DNA of 64,000 nt, taken from contig NC_058383.1 in NCBI RefSeq assembly GCF_018350175.1, positions 2,480,001-2,544,000 on the forward strand, read 5' to 3'. The notes under the pieces were generated by a model. That model was not told the DNA's origin, did no database searches, and saw nothing but the letters and a program-made list of their open reading frames with translations. Shown here in pieces: positions 11,799-23,439 of this stretch (its first letter is position 1; the number at the start of each line of letters is the position of its first letter). The translations under genes and the position numbers were made by a program. The DNA is from Felis catus (lineage: Eukaryota).

Positions 11799-12811
11799 CC
11801 TCTTTCTTTTTCCCTTGGTCGGTCTAGCTAAAGTTTGTCAATTTTGTTCTTTCAAAGAACATCTTTTTACCTGAAACTAGTGTAACATTGTGTGTCAAAT
11901 ATTCTCAAATAAAAAAAATAATAAAAAACAAGAAGAACCAACTTTTGGTTTCACTGCCTTCTCTCTATTGCCCTCCTCTAAGTCACTTATTTCTGTACTA
12001 ATCTTTATTATTTCCTTCCTCCTGCTTACTTTGGGTTTAGTTTGCTCTTCTTTTTCTAGTTTCATAAGGTGAAAAGCTAGGCTACTGACATCTTTTTAAA
12101 TAAAAACACTGGGGGCTACGAATTTCCCTTCAAGCACCACTTCAGCTGCATCCCTTATGCTTCGGGACGGTGCGTTTTTATTTTCATTCACCTCAAAGTT
12201 GTCTAATTTCTTTTCTGATTCCATCTTTGACCCACTAGTTACTTAGGAATGTGATGTTTACGTCCCCCCGTGTTTGTGAATTCCCCAAATCTCTTTGTTA
12301 TTTATTTCCAATTTAATGTTGTTGCGGTTGGAAAACTACTCTGTATCCTTTCAATCCTTTTAAGCTCGTTGACACTTGTCGTGTGGACCAGTGTGTGATC
12401 TACCTGGGACCGTGTTCCAGGTGCGTGCTTAAGAAGCAGGTGTCCTGCCGCCGTTGGGTGGAGTGCACTATGGATGTCAGTTACGTCTAGTCTGTGCACA
12501 TGGTTGTTCAAGTCCTCTGTTTCCTTGTTGGTCTTCTAGCCAGTGGTTCCATCCGTTATTAAAAGTAGGGCATGAAAGCCTGCGACCATTCAGTTAATCG
12601 TTCAGTTTGACTGTTTTATGTATTATTCCATTGCAAAAATCTGCTATAATTTATTTACCCATTTCTCTTCTGATAAATGTTTAATTTTCCCCAATGTTTT
12701 ACGTGGACGCTTGGCACTGTTTGTAGGAGGAAACAATGGAAGCATCTGAGACACTTACCGGTAGGTACTCCACAATCCTTTTGTACTATTGAGTAACATC
12801 TTTAAAAAAAA

Positions 12812-12838
12812 TTTTTTTTAACGTTTGTTTATTTTTGG

Positions 12839-12869
<31 letters not shown>

Positions 12870-13042
12870 AGCGAGCACGAGCGGGGGAGGGGCAGAGAGA
12901 GAGGGAGACACAGAATCCGAAGCAGACTCCAGGCTCTGAGCTGTCAGTACGGACCCAACGCGGGGCTCAAACCTGCGAGCTGAGACATCATGACCTGAGC
13001 CAAAATCGGATGCTTACATGACTGAGCCACCCAGGCGCCCCC
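12812..13042 (-). mobile_element. Can-SINE (SINEC)
   Basis: Consensus structure with a degenerate TSD (catctt-containing). Confidence 0.93.
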
Positions 13043-13106
13043 CAATGGAATAGCATCTTAAAGGGATGTGGTGACATAAAAACATTCTAAGACATACCGG
13101 GTTTTA

Positions 13107-13331
13107 TTTTATTTTTTTATTTTTTTTTCCATGTTTATTTATTTTTGGGACAGAGAGAGACAGAGCATGAACGGGGGAGGGGCAGAGAGAGAGGGAGTCA
13201 CAGAATCAGAAACAGGCTCCAGGCTCTGAGCCATCAGCCCAGAGCCTGACGCGGGGCTCGAACTCACGGACCGCGAGATCGTGACCTGGCTGAAGTCGGA
13301 CGCTTAGCCGACTGCGCCACCCAGGCGCCCC
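13107..13331 (-). mobile_element. Young felid SINE (SINEC_Fc-like)
   Basis: Near-identical to copies at 37399, 40998 and 50511; TSD acatac(c/t)gggtttta. Confidence 0.95.
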
Positions 13332-13361
13332 AACATACTGGGTTTTAAAAAGGCAAGTTTC

Positions 13362-13568
13362 GGGGGCACCTGGGCGGCTCAGTCAGTTAAGCGTCCGACT
13401 CTTGGTTTTGGCTCAGGTCATGATCTCGTGGTTCGTGGGTTCGAGCCCCACGTCGGGCTCCTTGCTGATGGTGTGGAGCCTGCGTGGGATTCTCTCTCTC
13501 TTCCTCTTTCTGTCCCTCCCCCAACCCCTCTCAAAATAAAGAAATAAAACTTAAAAAAAAAAAAAAAC
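13362..13568 (+). mobile_element. Can-SINE (SINEC)
   Basis: ggggcacctgggcggctcagtcagttaagcgtccgact head, A tail; TSD aaggca(a/g)gtttc. Confidence 0.94.
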
Positions 13569-13592
13569 AAGGCAGGTTTCAGAATACCTACA

Positions 13593-14170
13593 TGTGGTAT
13601 AATAATAGTAATAAAAAAAAATTGGTCTTCGTCCTGGCTCCTGTCGCAGGCTCCCAGGACTTGTGGAACCCTCTGAGTGATGAGTGTCCTCTGATGGTAA
13701 TGAGGTGACTCCTGGCTAAGGGGCCCCGAGATACCTTCCAGTGGCGGCTGGAGGCCAGGAAAACCATGTGCTTAGAGGGCTGTGACTTTCAGCCCCACAT
13801 CCTTACCTCCAGGGAGGGGAGAGAGGCTGCAAAATGATTCAGTCATCAGGAGCGAATGATTTAATCAATCGTGGCTATGTTAATGAAACCCTGTGAAAAA
13901 TCCTTCAACGGTGGGGTTCAAGGAGCTTCTGGGTCGGCGAATAAATGTGCCATCTGGGGGGGTGGCACACCTCAACCCCGTGGGGCAGAGGCTCCCACAC
14001 TCGGGCCCCTTCTGGACCCCACCCTCTCTCGCCTTCTCGTGCTGCTCTTTGTACCCCTTAAACTATAATAGGAAGTATACTGTCCTTCTGGGGTGTGTGA
14101 GTCATTTCAGCAAAGTGCTGAAGCCGACAAGGGGCCACGGGAACCCCGGATGTGTGTAGAGCCACGTAGG
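13593..14170 (+). mobile_element. Solo LTR, MER21-like (ERVL class)
   Basis: ctaagtgatg-like block, taatgaggtgactc, ttagagggctgtgactttcagcccca, aatgatttaatcaatc, ggggttcaaggagcttctggg match recalled MER21 consensus. Confidence 0.7.
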
Positions 14171-14976
14171 TAAGGCTCCACCAAGCAAGACTGTGATCCT
14201 ACGGGTGTGCGCGCGTGCGCGCAGAGAGAGGGAAGGGAGGGAGGAAGGGAGAGAAGAGGTTCCAGAGAACCCGATGATACCGACTGCATCCCGGAAGAGG
14301 GATGCAAGTTCAGAGGTTCGGGCTCGCGGAGGGTTCGGACATCATAGTGTCTTAGTATTTACAACAGAGCACGTATCAGTGCGTTACTTGTACGGTCTGG
14401 GTGAAAAAAAAGCGAACAGAGACGACGGCCACGTGAGGCGCGGCAGACACATCAATGTCCTCTGTTTGCCCCCCACTCACGTCTCAGAGGACCACGGCGC
14501 TGACCGCTTGTTTGCACCAAGTAAGCCCTCTGGCCCGCGGACTGACCTGCCTCACCGAGGACCGGTCCGCGGGCTGGGGGTGTCATGCGGGGCCAAGGAG
14601 ACAGTGGGGGGGATCAGGGCAGAAGGCGGTGCGGGCGTGAGCAGAGCTGGCTCGCCGTGGGGCCGAGGCGCGGGCAGCTGGAGGCCGCGGAGGCAGAGAA
14701 CGTGAGGCGGGCAGAGGGGGCCGGTCGGCGGAGCGAGGCCTTGGGGAGACGCCCCCCGGGCCCAGGAGACGCGGCAGGAGCGGTCTCATCTCCTTCCGCC
14801 CCCTCGGCCTTGGCCACATGTGCTGCCCGGGCCCTGCCGTAGGCCCCCGAGAGGCTCCCCGTGGATCGGAGCTGCTGGAAGTGGGGGTTCCGTATACACA
14901 ACCCGAAGAACGCAAGGGACCGTACCTATCTGACGTCACAAGCAACCGCTTTAAGCTAATTAAAAGCGAGGACCCA

Positions 14977-15097
14977 GGGGCGCCTGGGGGGCTCGGCCGG
15001 TTAAGCGTGCGGCTTCGGCTCAGGTCGTGATCTCATGGTTTATGAGTTCGAGCCCTGCGTCGGGCTCTGTGCTGACCGTGTGGAGGCTGCTTGGGAT

Positions 15098-15155
<58 letters not shown>

Positions 15156-15223
15156 CCTCCCTCCCTCCCTCCCCCACTTGTGCTCTTTCTCTCTCCCAAA
15201 GTAAATAAACAAACTTTATTAAA
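14977..15223 (+). mobile_element. Can-SINE (SINEC) with expanded (CT)n
   Basis: Perfect TSD aaaagcgaggaccca at 14962-14976 and 15224-15238. Confidence 0.96.
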
Positions 15224-17054
15224 AAAAGCGAGGACCCAGTCCCCACTCTGTCCAGGGAGCTTTCCACAGACAACAACCCTGGCTTGCAGGCCTAAGTCCC
15301 GACTGCTACGAGCCCTCTGGCCGATACGGAGCACAGCCAGCCGGGCCACGTGGTGGACTTGGGGTTGGGTGCCACGTGACCGGGCCCACCGCAGCTGCTC
15401 ACCCTGACCCACAGTCATACGATCATCTCTATTCACAAAGCAGAACGTACTTACCTAGCCTATTTTTAAAGACTCAATATCCTAAGCATGCGATTCGACA
15501 TATTTAGCGAGCATGTGGCAGCCACTGATGTTGTCCACCCGTGTCCCCCCACCCCTCCTGCTTAGAGAATCCTCAGGGTTTTCAGCAATCAGCTGCCTCA
15601 TGCTTCAGGGAGGCCAGGCATCTTCTGAGCTGCCGGGAGCAGACCTCGTTTGGTCTGTACCCGTGGTTTAAGAAGCACGTGAAGGGCCTTGTGCCACACA
15701 CAAGCTGGGGCAGGGAGGGGTGGGGAACGTGTGCCGGGGGCAGTTGCCGTGCCTTTCCTGGATCTTCGACAGGGACGCAAGGAAGGAACACCGTCATCCA
15801 GCTTTTGGATGTTAGCAGGTGAAGGTGTGTGTGATGCTGGGGGTTGTGCAGCCACCCTGTGACCTGAGGACTCCACCTGAGAACCAAAGCTAACACCCCC
15901 AGCATGGCAGAGGAAAAAGACGCAGAGAACCTGGGTCCTCGATGTCACCTCCTGGGCACTGAATCCACCCCCAGACCTCTCCCACCATTGGGCTCACACA
16001 CAATACAATCGAATGCTAAGTCATTGAAAACTGGATTAACTATTAACGCACCCCAAAGCCTCCTGACTAGTGAATGGTATCCACTTAATACAGAGACTAG
16101 CTAATAAGCACAGTGCACTGAGAACCCGGTGCTCAGAGGCTTACGCTTGTTAAGAGAATCAAAGGCATGTGCCTGGAAATTAGTTAAAGGGCAGCTCCAG
16201 ACAGGGAGACAAGCAGGTCTGGCCGAGAAGCATTTCCGGCCGCCCTTCATGGGCACAGGAGGCCGTGCGGGCACTTGTAGAGCTCGTGACCAGCGCGCCC
16301 AGCGCGACAGAAACCCCTCCTCCCGGGACGGGGGGTGGGGGGGGGGGAGCACGCGGCCACACCTCAGCAGGCCTGTCCGTGGGCTCTGCTGGGAAAAAGG
16401 AAGATAAAAACGAAACAGGAAATGGCTAGCGCAAAGCTTTCGTCCCCCAAACGTACACGAAGGGGCCCCTCCCACCTTCTATGTGCGGAAATGACAGCCT
16501 TGACCTAGCGTCAATCCGCCCCGTCACCGATAACCCTGTGCGCCTCCGCGGCTTCACACACACACAAAGTAAAACTTGCGAGAGCTGCCCGCTTGCATGA
16601 GCGCCCTGAGCCACGGGGCCTGCTCGCCCGACACCACGAACCCCTTTCCCCACCAGCGGAGCGGGGTGAGCGCCGGCCACGGTGCAGCGCGAGCCCAGGG
16701 GCAGGGGATGAAAAGACGTTTCCCGCACGGTCCCTGCCCGTATGAGGCACCGAGTGTGGCCGTGCGAGCCAGCCGCCTGCGCGGACAGCTGCAGGGGTGC
16801 AAGCAGGACTGTGGAGGAGGCGGGGGGACCCTGCCAGAGGGACCGAAGCGTCCCCCGGGCTGGGCTGCTGCTGTGTGCCAGGCCCCGTACCTGTCACCTC
16901 CTTCTATTGTCCTAGCAACCCAGAGGGGGGTGAGATCATCCCGGGTCTGCAGACAAGTCGTCTGGACCGAATGGTATCCCCCGCAATTAGGAATCGTGAC
17001 TCTGCCCACGCGTTCCCACCCGAGGGCCATAGACCAAGGTGAGCGGTGACTCTT

Positions 17055-17082
17055 CCCCCCCCCCCCCCCCCCCCCCCCCCCC
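17055..17082. repeat. C28 homopolymer (G28 on the CARD11 sense strand)
   Basis: Direct count. Confidence 0.95.
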
Positions 17083-17641
17083 GCGGCATCTCGTAGTGGC
17101 TGAAATACACTTCGGGATTGGAAAACAGGCAGACCTGACCTAGTAGGAGGTTGGATGCACGTGCCACACGACCCAGGCTTCCTTCCTTGGATCGACCCCT
17201 AGAGAAACCAGCCGGGTACGTCAGCAGGCTTGTGCAGGGCTGGTCTGCGTCGTGCATCCAGACCCCAGAAAGCACACCGACGTCCCCATGCAGGAGAGGG
17301 GCTGTTGCCACACGTGACAGTGGTGGGAGTGGAAGGAAAAGGCCACGCCCATCAACGTGGACAAACCTCGGGTCGGGACACGGAGCAAAGGGGCAGGTTA
17401 CAGAGCACGCCCGAAGCAACCCTGTCCACATACGTCTCTAAACCATCCACAACTAGACCACGCGGTCAAGGAGATCCAGCGAAAGCACACCGAGGAGCCA
17501 GGAGCTGGTCAAAACCAGAGTGGCAGCTCCCCTGGCGAGGGCAGCACAGCGGCTGGGACGCCCAGGGACGCCCCGGGGACACTGGTGATGCTGGGGACCG
17601 GGGTGCGGCTTAGCTGGGGACCCGTGTCTATTTCATCATTG

Positions 17642-17642
<1 letters not shown>

Positions 17643-17686
<44 letters not shown>
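17643..17686. repeat. (CA)n microsatellite
   Basis: About 22 CA units. Confidence 0.95.
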
Positions 17687-17689
<3 letters not shown>

Positions 17690-18169
17690 CTTCTTGGGCA
17701 AAACACATGGACAGTGTCACTAGCCTCTAAGAAAAAACCATCGTGCACACAATTTCAGATGTATTTCCTTCCCACACATCTCGCTGGAACTCAGCCTGAC
17801 TCAGCCTGGTTTTCTGGAATGAATCCAGCAGCTGGTGTCCAGCCGGGGCAGTTTCCTTGAAAACAGCCTGCCCAGAAATGCACCCTCGGACGCGAGGCCC
17901 CGATAGCCCATCGTGCCGGATGGTCCCCTGCCCCCGTCAGTCACGGCCAGCACTGGTGCCAGCCCTGCCCCCAGTCCTGAGTCAAACCCTAGATCGCATC
18001 AGTCTTTTTACAAACAGCGGGAAAAGCAAGGTCAAGGTTCCCGGGCCGGGTGTTACAAGAAGGGCCCCTCGGCTCACTTTTTCACAAGACAGAGGGATGC
18101 CCTGCCCGTGGACAAAGTCTGTGGCAGCTGCTGGTCTCGCCTCCCCTCCCCTCATTCACCTGAAACGCT

Positions 18170-18380
18170 TACCAGGAGGCCCCCTGTTGCTGTTAGAGTG
18201 AAGTTCAAAGTCTCGATCTCGGCCCCCAGGCCCTGCACGGTTTGCCTCCCGCTGGCTCCCAGCGGCTTCTCTCAATCGCGTCTCAGGCCGGCCAGTCCTT
18301 CCCCGGTTCTTTACCAAACCGGCTCACTGCACCTCCCTCTGCCTAGAACCTCCCCCCACCGCATCCGCGTCAAGTCTCAG
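18170..18380 (+). mobile_element. Highly diverged L2 fragment
   Basis: gttagagtgaagttcaaagtc...aggccctgcacggtttg, ccctctgcctagaac and caagtctcagct resemble L2 motifs in the expected order. Confidence 0.5.
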
Positions 18381-18470
18381 CTGAGCCTCGCTTCGTCTTT
18401 CATACACCGGACGCAACACAAGCAAAGTACCTGGCATGTGGTCGGTGCTCAGTGGACGGTGGCCGCCGTC
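18381..18470 (+). mobile_element. Internally deleted MIR (or L2 tail) overlapping the CARD11 start codon and exon 2 donor
   Basis: ctgagcctcgcttcgtc resembles the MIR core. agcaaagtacctggcatgtggtcggtgctca matches the shared tail agcacagtgcctggcacatagtaggcgctca at 24/31 positions without gaps. Confidence 0.65.
18431..18437 (-). CDS. CARD11: CARD11 first 7 coding nt (ATG CCA G) at the 3' end of exon 2
   Basis: ATGCCAG|GTACTT joins in phase 1 to GA GGA GGG CCA of exon 3 and gives MPGGGP, the known N-terminus. Confidence 0.88.
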
Positions 18471-18564
18471 CCGTTACGGAGGTCCAACTTCCGCTCCTCC
18501 GGGCTGGCGCCCGTCCTTCCCCGAGCCAGTCTTCCTCTGGGTCTAGAGCTGTGATGGCCGGAAT
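18438..18564 (-). other. CARD11: CARD11 exon 2, 5' UTR part (whole exon 18431-18564, 134 nt)
   Basis: Good acceptor atctttccttgtatag ending at 18565; no upstream ATG within the exon; size and ~11 kb distance from exon 3 fit the human structure as recalled. Confidence 0.8.
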
Positions 18565-19929
18565 CTATACAAGGAAAGATAATCTGACTTAGCACAGGGG
18601 CGGAGGTTGGACAGAGAGAACCACTCAAGGATCAGAGAGATGCCCCACTTTGGAAGAAAAGGTGAGGAACCCCCCGGTGACGTCTCTGCAGGTGACAGTG
18701 ACGCAGGGGACCGCGGCCAGGAAGCGTTTCTGTTCTGGGCCACGGCCAGCCTGGAAGGCCAGTGGCCACGCGTCCCGAGACATCTGGGGGTGGGGAGAAG
18801 GGCGGGCAGTGGCCTCGGGGTTAGTCCTGGCCAGGGAGGAAGGTCCTCAGAAAGTCTTTGATAGGAGTGTTTGCAGAGTGGAGATGCTCTAATCGGCCAC
18901 TAATTCATTGGGTCAAGAGCAGCAAACCACATTCCGAGCCCACGAGAGCTCCCTTCGCCGTGAGTTATGTCTTCAGCCCCCGCACACCGTGGGTCTGGGT
19001 GGGAGCACGGCACGCTCTGTGATTTCCCCAAGGTGGTGTTCCGTCGCACATGCCTGGCTCAGTCACTCCAGGAGCCCTGGGGAGGAAGGCCGGGCAGGGG
19101 GCAAGGGGAGGCACGACCCCTGAGAAGGTGAGGTGGGGGGGGGGCTGCCGCCCGGCCCCACAGCTGCCGGGATCCCTGCGGTCGGGGCTTCAGGCAGCTG
19201 CTCCTTCACTGACCGCTCTTAGTCAGCGGTGACAGGGACCCTGGGACATCACTGTTTAATCAGGAACATGCTTGGTTTCGGCTTTGAGAATTAATCACAG
19301 GTGACACCAGATCTCCCGGGGCTGATAGAAGCTGTTCTTGTCGGGTGTCAGCTTGGATCGGAGTGAGCTGTCACGGGCCCCGGGCCCCGGGGAGGTGGCA
19401 GTGACTTGCTTCTCCGGAGGACCCCACCCCCTTCGTCTGCTCGTGGCCTCCCTACTCCGCGGCTGGGCCGGGAGACGGACGCGCCACCGGGCGAAGGCTG
19501 GGGGCGGCAGGTGACCTTCGGGGCCCAGCGCCCCGGCAGAGGGCAGCAGGCGGCCCGCAGGCCCACGAGCAGAGGCGGACGGAAATTCTACTTCTCCGCA
19601 TCGGCATTTAAGAGCAAGAGAACACGCATTTCTTTCACAATCAGAAGAAGAGGCTTTTGACAAAATTAGCTGTAAGAAGGCTTCTAAGGGCAAGAAAGGG
19701 AGAACAGACTGGCACGGGGTTGTAAAAGCACCCGACGTGTCAACACCGGTTGGAAAAAATGAGACGCGAGCCAACCAGCACTGAGGCTGAACTTTCTGTT
19801 TCTGCTGCTAGAATTCTGATTACATCCTCAAGAACTTGGGTCGTAAGGTCGGGAAAACTGATAGGATACGTCTCTTGAGAGACTCCCGTATCGGTGTAAC
19901 ATCCCACTGGCAGAAACATCACCCCTGAT

Positions 19930-20110
19930 GCTTACAGACGACTAACGGTGTGCCAGGCACTTGCTAAGCGCAACCGATAAACCTCGAAAACTCTCTGAGA
20001 TGGGTGGCACTTTATTATTGCTCCTATCCTCACCATTTTACAGCCAAGAAAACCAAACGTGGGAGGGGTTCAGAGTCAGGACTTGGACCCGAGTTTCTCT
20101 GACGGACTCT
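19930..20110 (-). mobile_element. MIR
   Basis: gtgtgccaggcacttgctaagcgc...aactctctgagatgggt...ccattttacagccaagaaaac. Confidence 0.75.
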
Positions 20111-20479
20111 TATTGCCAAACGGCGCCTACAACTGCTTCTTACAAAATAAAACTTTACTTGGAGAAGGACTGTAACCGGAAGCATAAGTACACAAGCTCC
20201 CTGAAATACCACTGTCACATGGAAACTTCAGACGGAACGGAAACCGAGTTCTAAGATGGCAGCTATGGGCTCAGGGTGAAGAAGAGCTATACTGCGTCTC
20301 AAAAAAGGAATCAACTATTTGGTGCGTTATTAGCGTCTTATTCAAACACAGTCAGAGCCCATTTGCCTACAGCGAAGCTGTTTAATCGACAAGCCACACC
20401 ACTGTGTCGCCTCCTACGTAAGAATAAACAGAGAGCCAAGCCAAGGGTCGCTTGGTGTTGGAGGTAAGTCTTCATGCGA

Positions 20480-22125
20480 AAGGAAGAGATCGAGAGACGA
20501 GTGGATACAAAGAACCTGTGGGAAGCGGACAACGTGCAGAATAAGAGAAAACTTAAAAAAAAAAAAAAAGCCACCCACATCCTGATAATCAAAATCCGTT
20601 GAGATGAAAAAAGATACTGAATCCACGAAACGATAGTAGGATGCTATGAAAAAGGAACAAAGAACAAGGAAGAGTTCGTAGCAATGAAAGTCCCAGACAT
20701 TTACCAATAGAAAGTTTGAAAGATAATGTTGAGGAAATCTTCGAAAATGTCAATACAGAGAAGACAGACAAGATAGGGCAGGGAAAAGGTTAATTTAGGC
20801 TTAACAGCCAGTAACTAGAAATCCCGCAAAGAGAGTGCAGAGGTTATGTTTCCTTTCTTATCTCGTCTGTGGGGATATGACGTAAAGGGGTGAAGTTATC
20901 AGAGGAGTAATACTGGGGGATTCTCCAGACGTGAGCACAGGAGTCTTCAGATTTCAATGGCCCTTTGGGTCCTCAGGACAATCAGAGAAGAAAGAACCTG
21001 CTCAGAACATTGTTGTGAAATTTCAGGCCATAAGGAAATAAGACCCTCAAAGTTTTCAGAAACATCAGGTCACGTACAAAGGACTAGAAGTTAAGTTTGG
21101 CATTTTCGATTGCGATACTGGGAGCTGGGAGTCAATGAGGCAATGGCTTCACATTTGTGATGGAAAATACTCTTTGGTCTAGAATTCCACTACCCCCGCC
21201 CCCAGACTATGAGGCGTGAAAATAAAACGATACTATTTTCAGAAAGAAAAAGACTCTGAACATTTATCTCCCATGCACCCTTTCCCAAGAAGCTCCTAGT
21301 GGGTATGCTCTGGTAAAATGAGGGAATAAAACAATAAACAGGAATGTAGGCAACTCAGGAAACAGAAAATCTAATTGGACAAAGCAGCAAGGAAAATTCC
21401 AGGATGAGAGAGACGGGGCAAGAGGTAGCTGGCCAAGATGGCAGGATCACAGAGAGGCCACTAGAGGGAGGTGACCAGGGCAGAAATGGAATGGCCATGA
21501 TATATTTCATAATTTAGGAAATGATTTTGGTAGGCAAATGATAGGACTGTGAGACGGAAAAATAATGAAGGCTAGGCACATAAAAAAAAACCCTCAACAA
21601 ATGAAAAAAAAAGGCAATATTAACTCCAGGAGAAAAGCAAAAAGATAAGAAACACTCACAGCATACAACATGCCTCAACATAAACAGTATTACGAAGTGA
21701 CAATAATGTAACACATAAAACTGTGATCTAAATGCACTGACAGGACGGAGGAAAGGGACATGCACGGAGTACGGTACTCAGAAAAGAGGGCTAAATGCTC
21801 ATCTACCTAAGAGTATGTCTCATATAATAAATAATGCCTTCGAATGGCTATGTGGGTAAACAGCAATGCAAACCGATCGCTTAGAAATAGGGAGGCACAC
21901 AGCGGAAGAAAACACAACAATGGAGAAGACGTAGAAGTAGCTGCTCCTGGGGATTAGGACCTGGAGACGGTGATGACTAGGCTGGGGAGTGATGTTTTTA
22001 TTACAAGCCTACCTTACATTTCAACTCTGCGTGATGTGTATGATCTTGGCAAAAAAATATATATATAAATAAATAAAAAATAACATATCAATAATTGGAA
22101 ATATGGGCAATACATTCAAGTATCA
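20480..22125 (+). mobile_element. Old L1/HAL1-like remnant (A-rich, ORF1-like)
   Basis: Strong A skew; ttgtgaaatttcag, caggtcacgtacaaagga and ctagaattccac resemble the L1 ORF1 region. Subfamily not assignable. Confidence 0.5.
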
Positions 22126-22141
22126 AGAATCAAACGGTTAC

Positions 22142-22353
22142 GGGGCACCTGGGTGGCTCAGTCGGTTGGGCATCTGACTTCAGCTCAGGTCATGATCTCA
22201 GTTTGTGGGTTCAAGCCCCCCGTCAGGCTCTGTGCTGACAGCTCGGAGCCTGGAGCCTGCTTCAGATTGTGTCTCCCTCTCTCTCTCTCTGCCCCTCCCC
22301 TGCTTGTGCTCTGTCTCTGTCTCTCTCAAAAATAAACATTAAAAAAAAAAAAA
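22142..22353 (+). mobile_element. Can-SINE (SINEC)
   Basis: Consensus head, (CT)n, A tail; degenerate TSD aagaatc(a/c)aac. Confidence 0.95.
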
Positions 22354-23439
22354 AGAATCCAACAGCTACCTCCATTGTCTGAACACTTAAGACACTCGAT
22401 CTCTTTCCCAGACAGCTCACCTCTTCGTAAACCGGAAGTGCCGACAGTCTCTGGGAGCGTGACAGATGTCATGTCGCTTCCCAGGAGCTCCGTAGGCAGG
22501 TTTTCACATCCCCACTTTATGAGGAGGGGGCAGGATCAGAGCGTTACGTAAAGGGGTGAGATCCCACAGGCACGGAGCGGCAGAGCCGAGTTTCCAACTC
22601 AGCCCCCCCGGACTCCAAGTCCCCCGATCCTAGTTAAACCTGCAGTCATCGCAACCAACGTTTACTAAGCATCGAAGCTGACCGATTAGGTTCCGTGCTT
22701 CCTGGGCTCCGTATCTTTCTTTACCGCCTTACGCCCTCATTTTGCTGGAGTGTCCCCTATAGCCGGCTACCATCTCGTTTAACACGACCATCCTGGAAGG
22801 CACATACCCCTAGCCTATTTTACAGAAGAGGTTCAGGGAGGTTCTGCTCCCTGCCACGGGTCTGCCTCGTCTCCCACGGGACTCAGCATGGGCTCTCACT
22901 CTTAAGAGCAGCTACGGCTGCTCCAGAATGTATCTGTTGGGTGAATGAATAAAAATCAGATCCCGAATAAAAATAAGCAACGAGGCTGTTGTTACACCAA
23001 ACCCAGGGAGTGCCCAGCCCTTCGGAAAAGAGCGGTCTTTGTGGCACAGGCTCCTCCTCTCTCTCCAAGAGCTGCCCTGGGGCAAAAGCTCTGGAACCAG
23101 AAGGGGGTCAGCAGGCAGGCGGATAAATGCATCTCTGGTTAATGGATTCGTCTGGATGGCCAGAGTGAGAGGCTTGAGACGGAAGGTTTAATTATTCCAA
23201 AGAAACCTCCGTTTAACCGAAAGGACTTCCGGCCAAAAAAAAAAAAAGGAACAATTATTTAAAAGGCTGATCTACGGCCTGTGTGGAAAGACTGAAGAGA
23301 CCCTGGTCCAGCCACCTATGTGTCTGTGGCCCTGGACACAAGGCTTTATGGAAAGGGACCAGAGCCGTGCCCTCCCGTGGGGCTCATCCGCACCCCCCTC
23401 CTCCAAAGTCCCCATTCCTACAAATTGTTTTAAATTCGC

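Larger units (their letters stand above)
7954..12590 (-). mobile_element. Decayed L1 (L1M-type 3' end plus ORF2 remnant), interrupted by SINEs and other insertions
   Basis: ttttattgagatataattca...agttgtgcaaccat 3' end; reverse-strand ORF2 motifs such as cttgtcttgttcttaatcttaggggaaaagc and gcccacttagtcatggtgt. Confidence 0.9.

Noticed and set aside
7468..18430. Intron 2 as a U12-type intron (no pyrimidine tract, tcctttattaac upstream)
   Set aside because: The donor is GTACTTTG, not GTATCCTT, and the branch-like motif is not TCCTTAAC.
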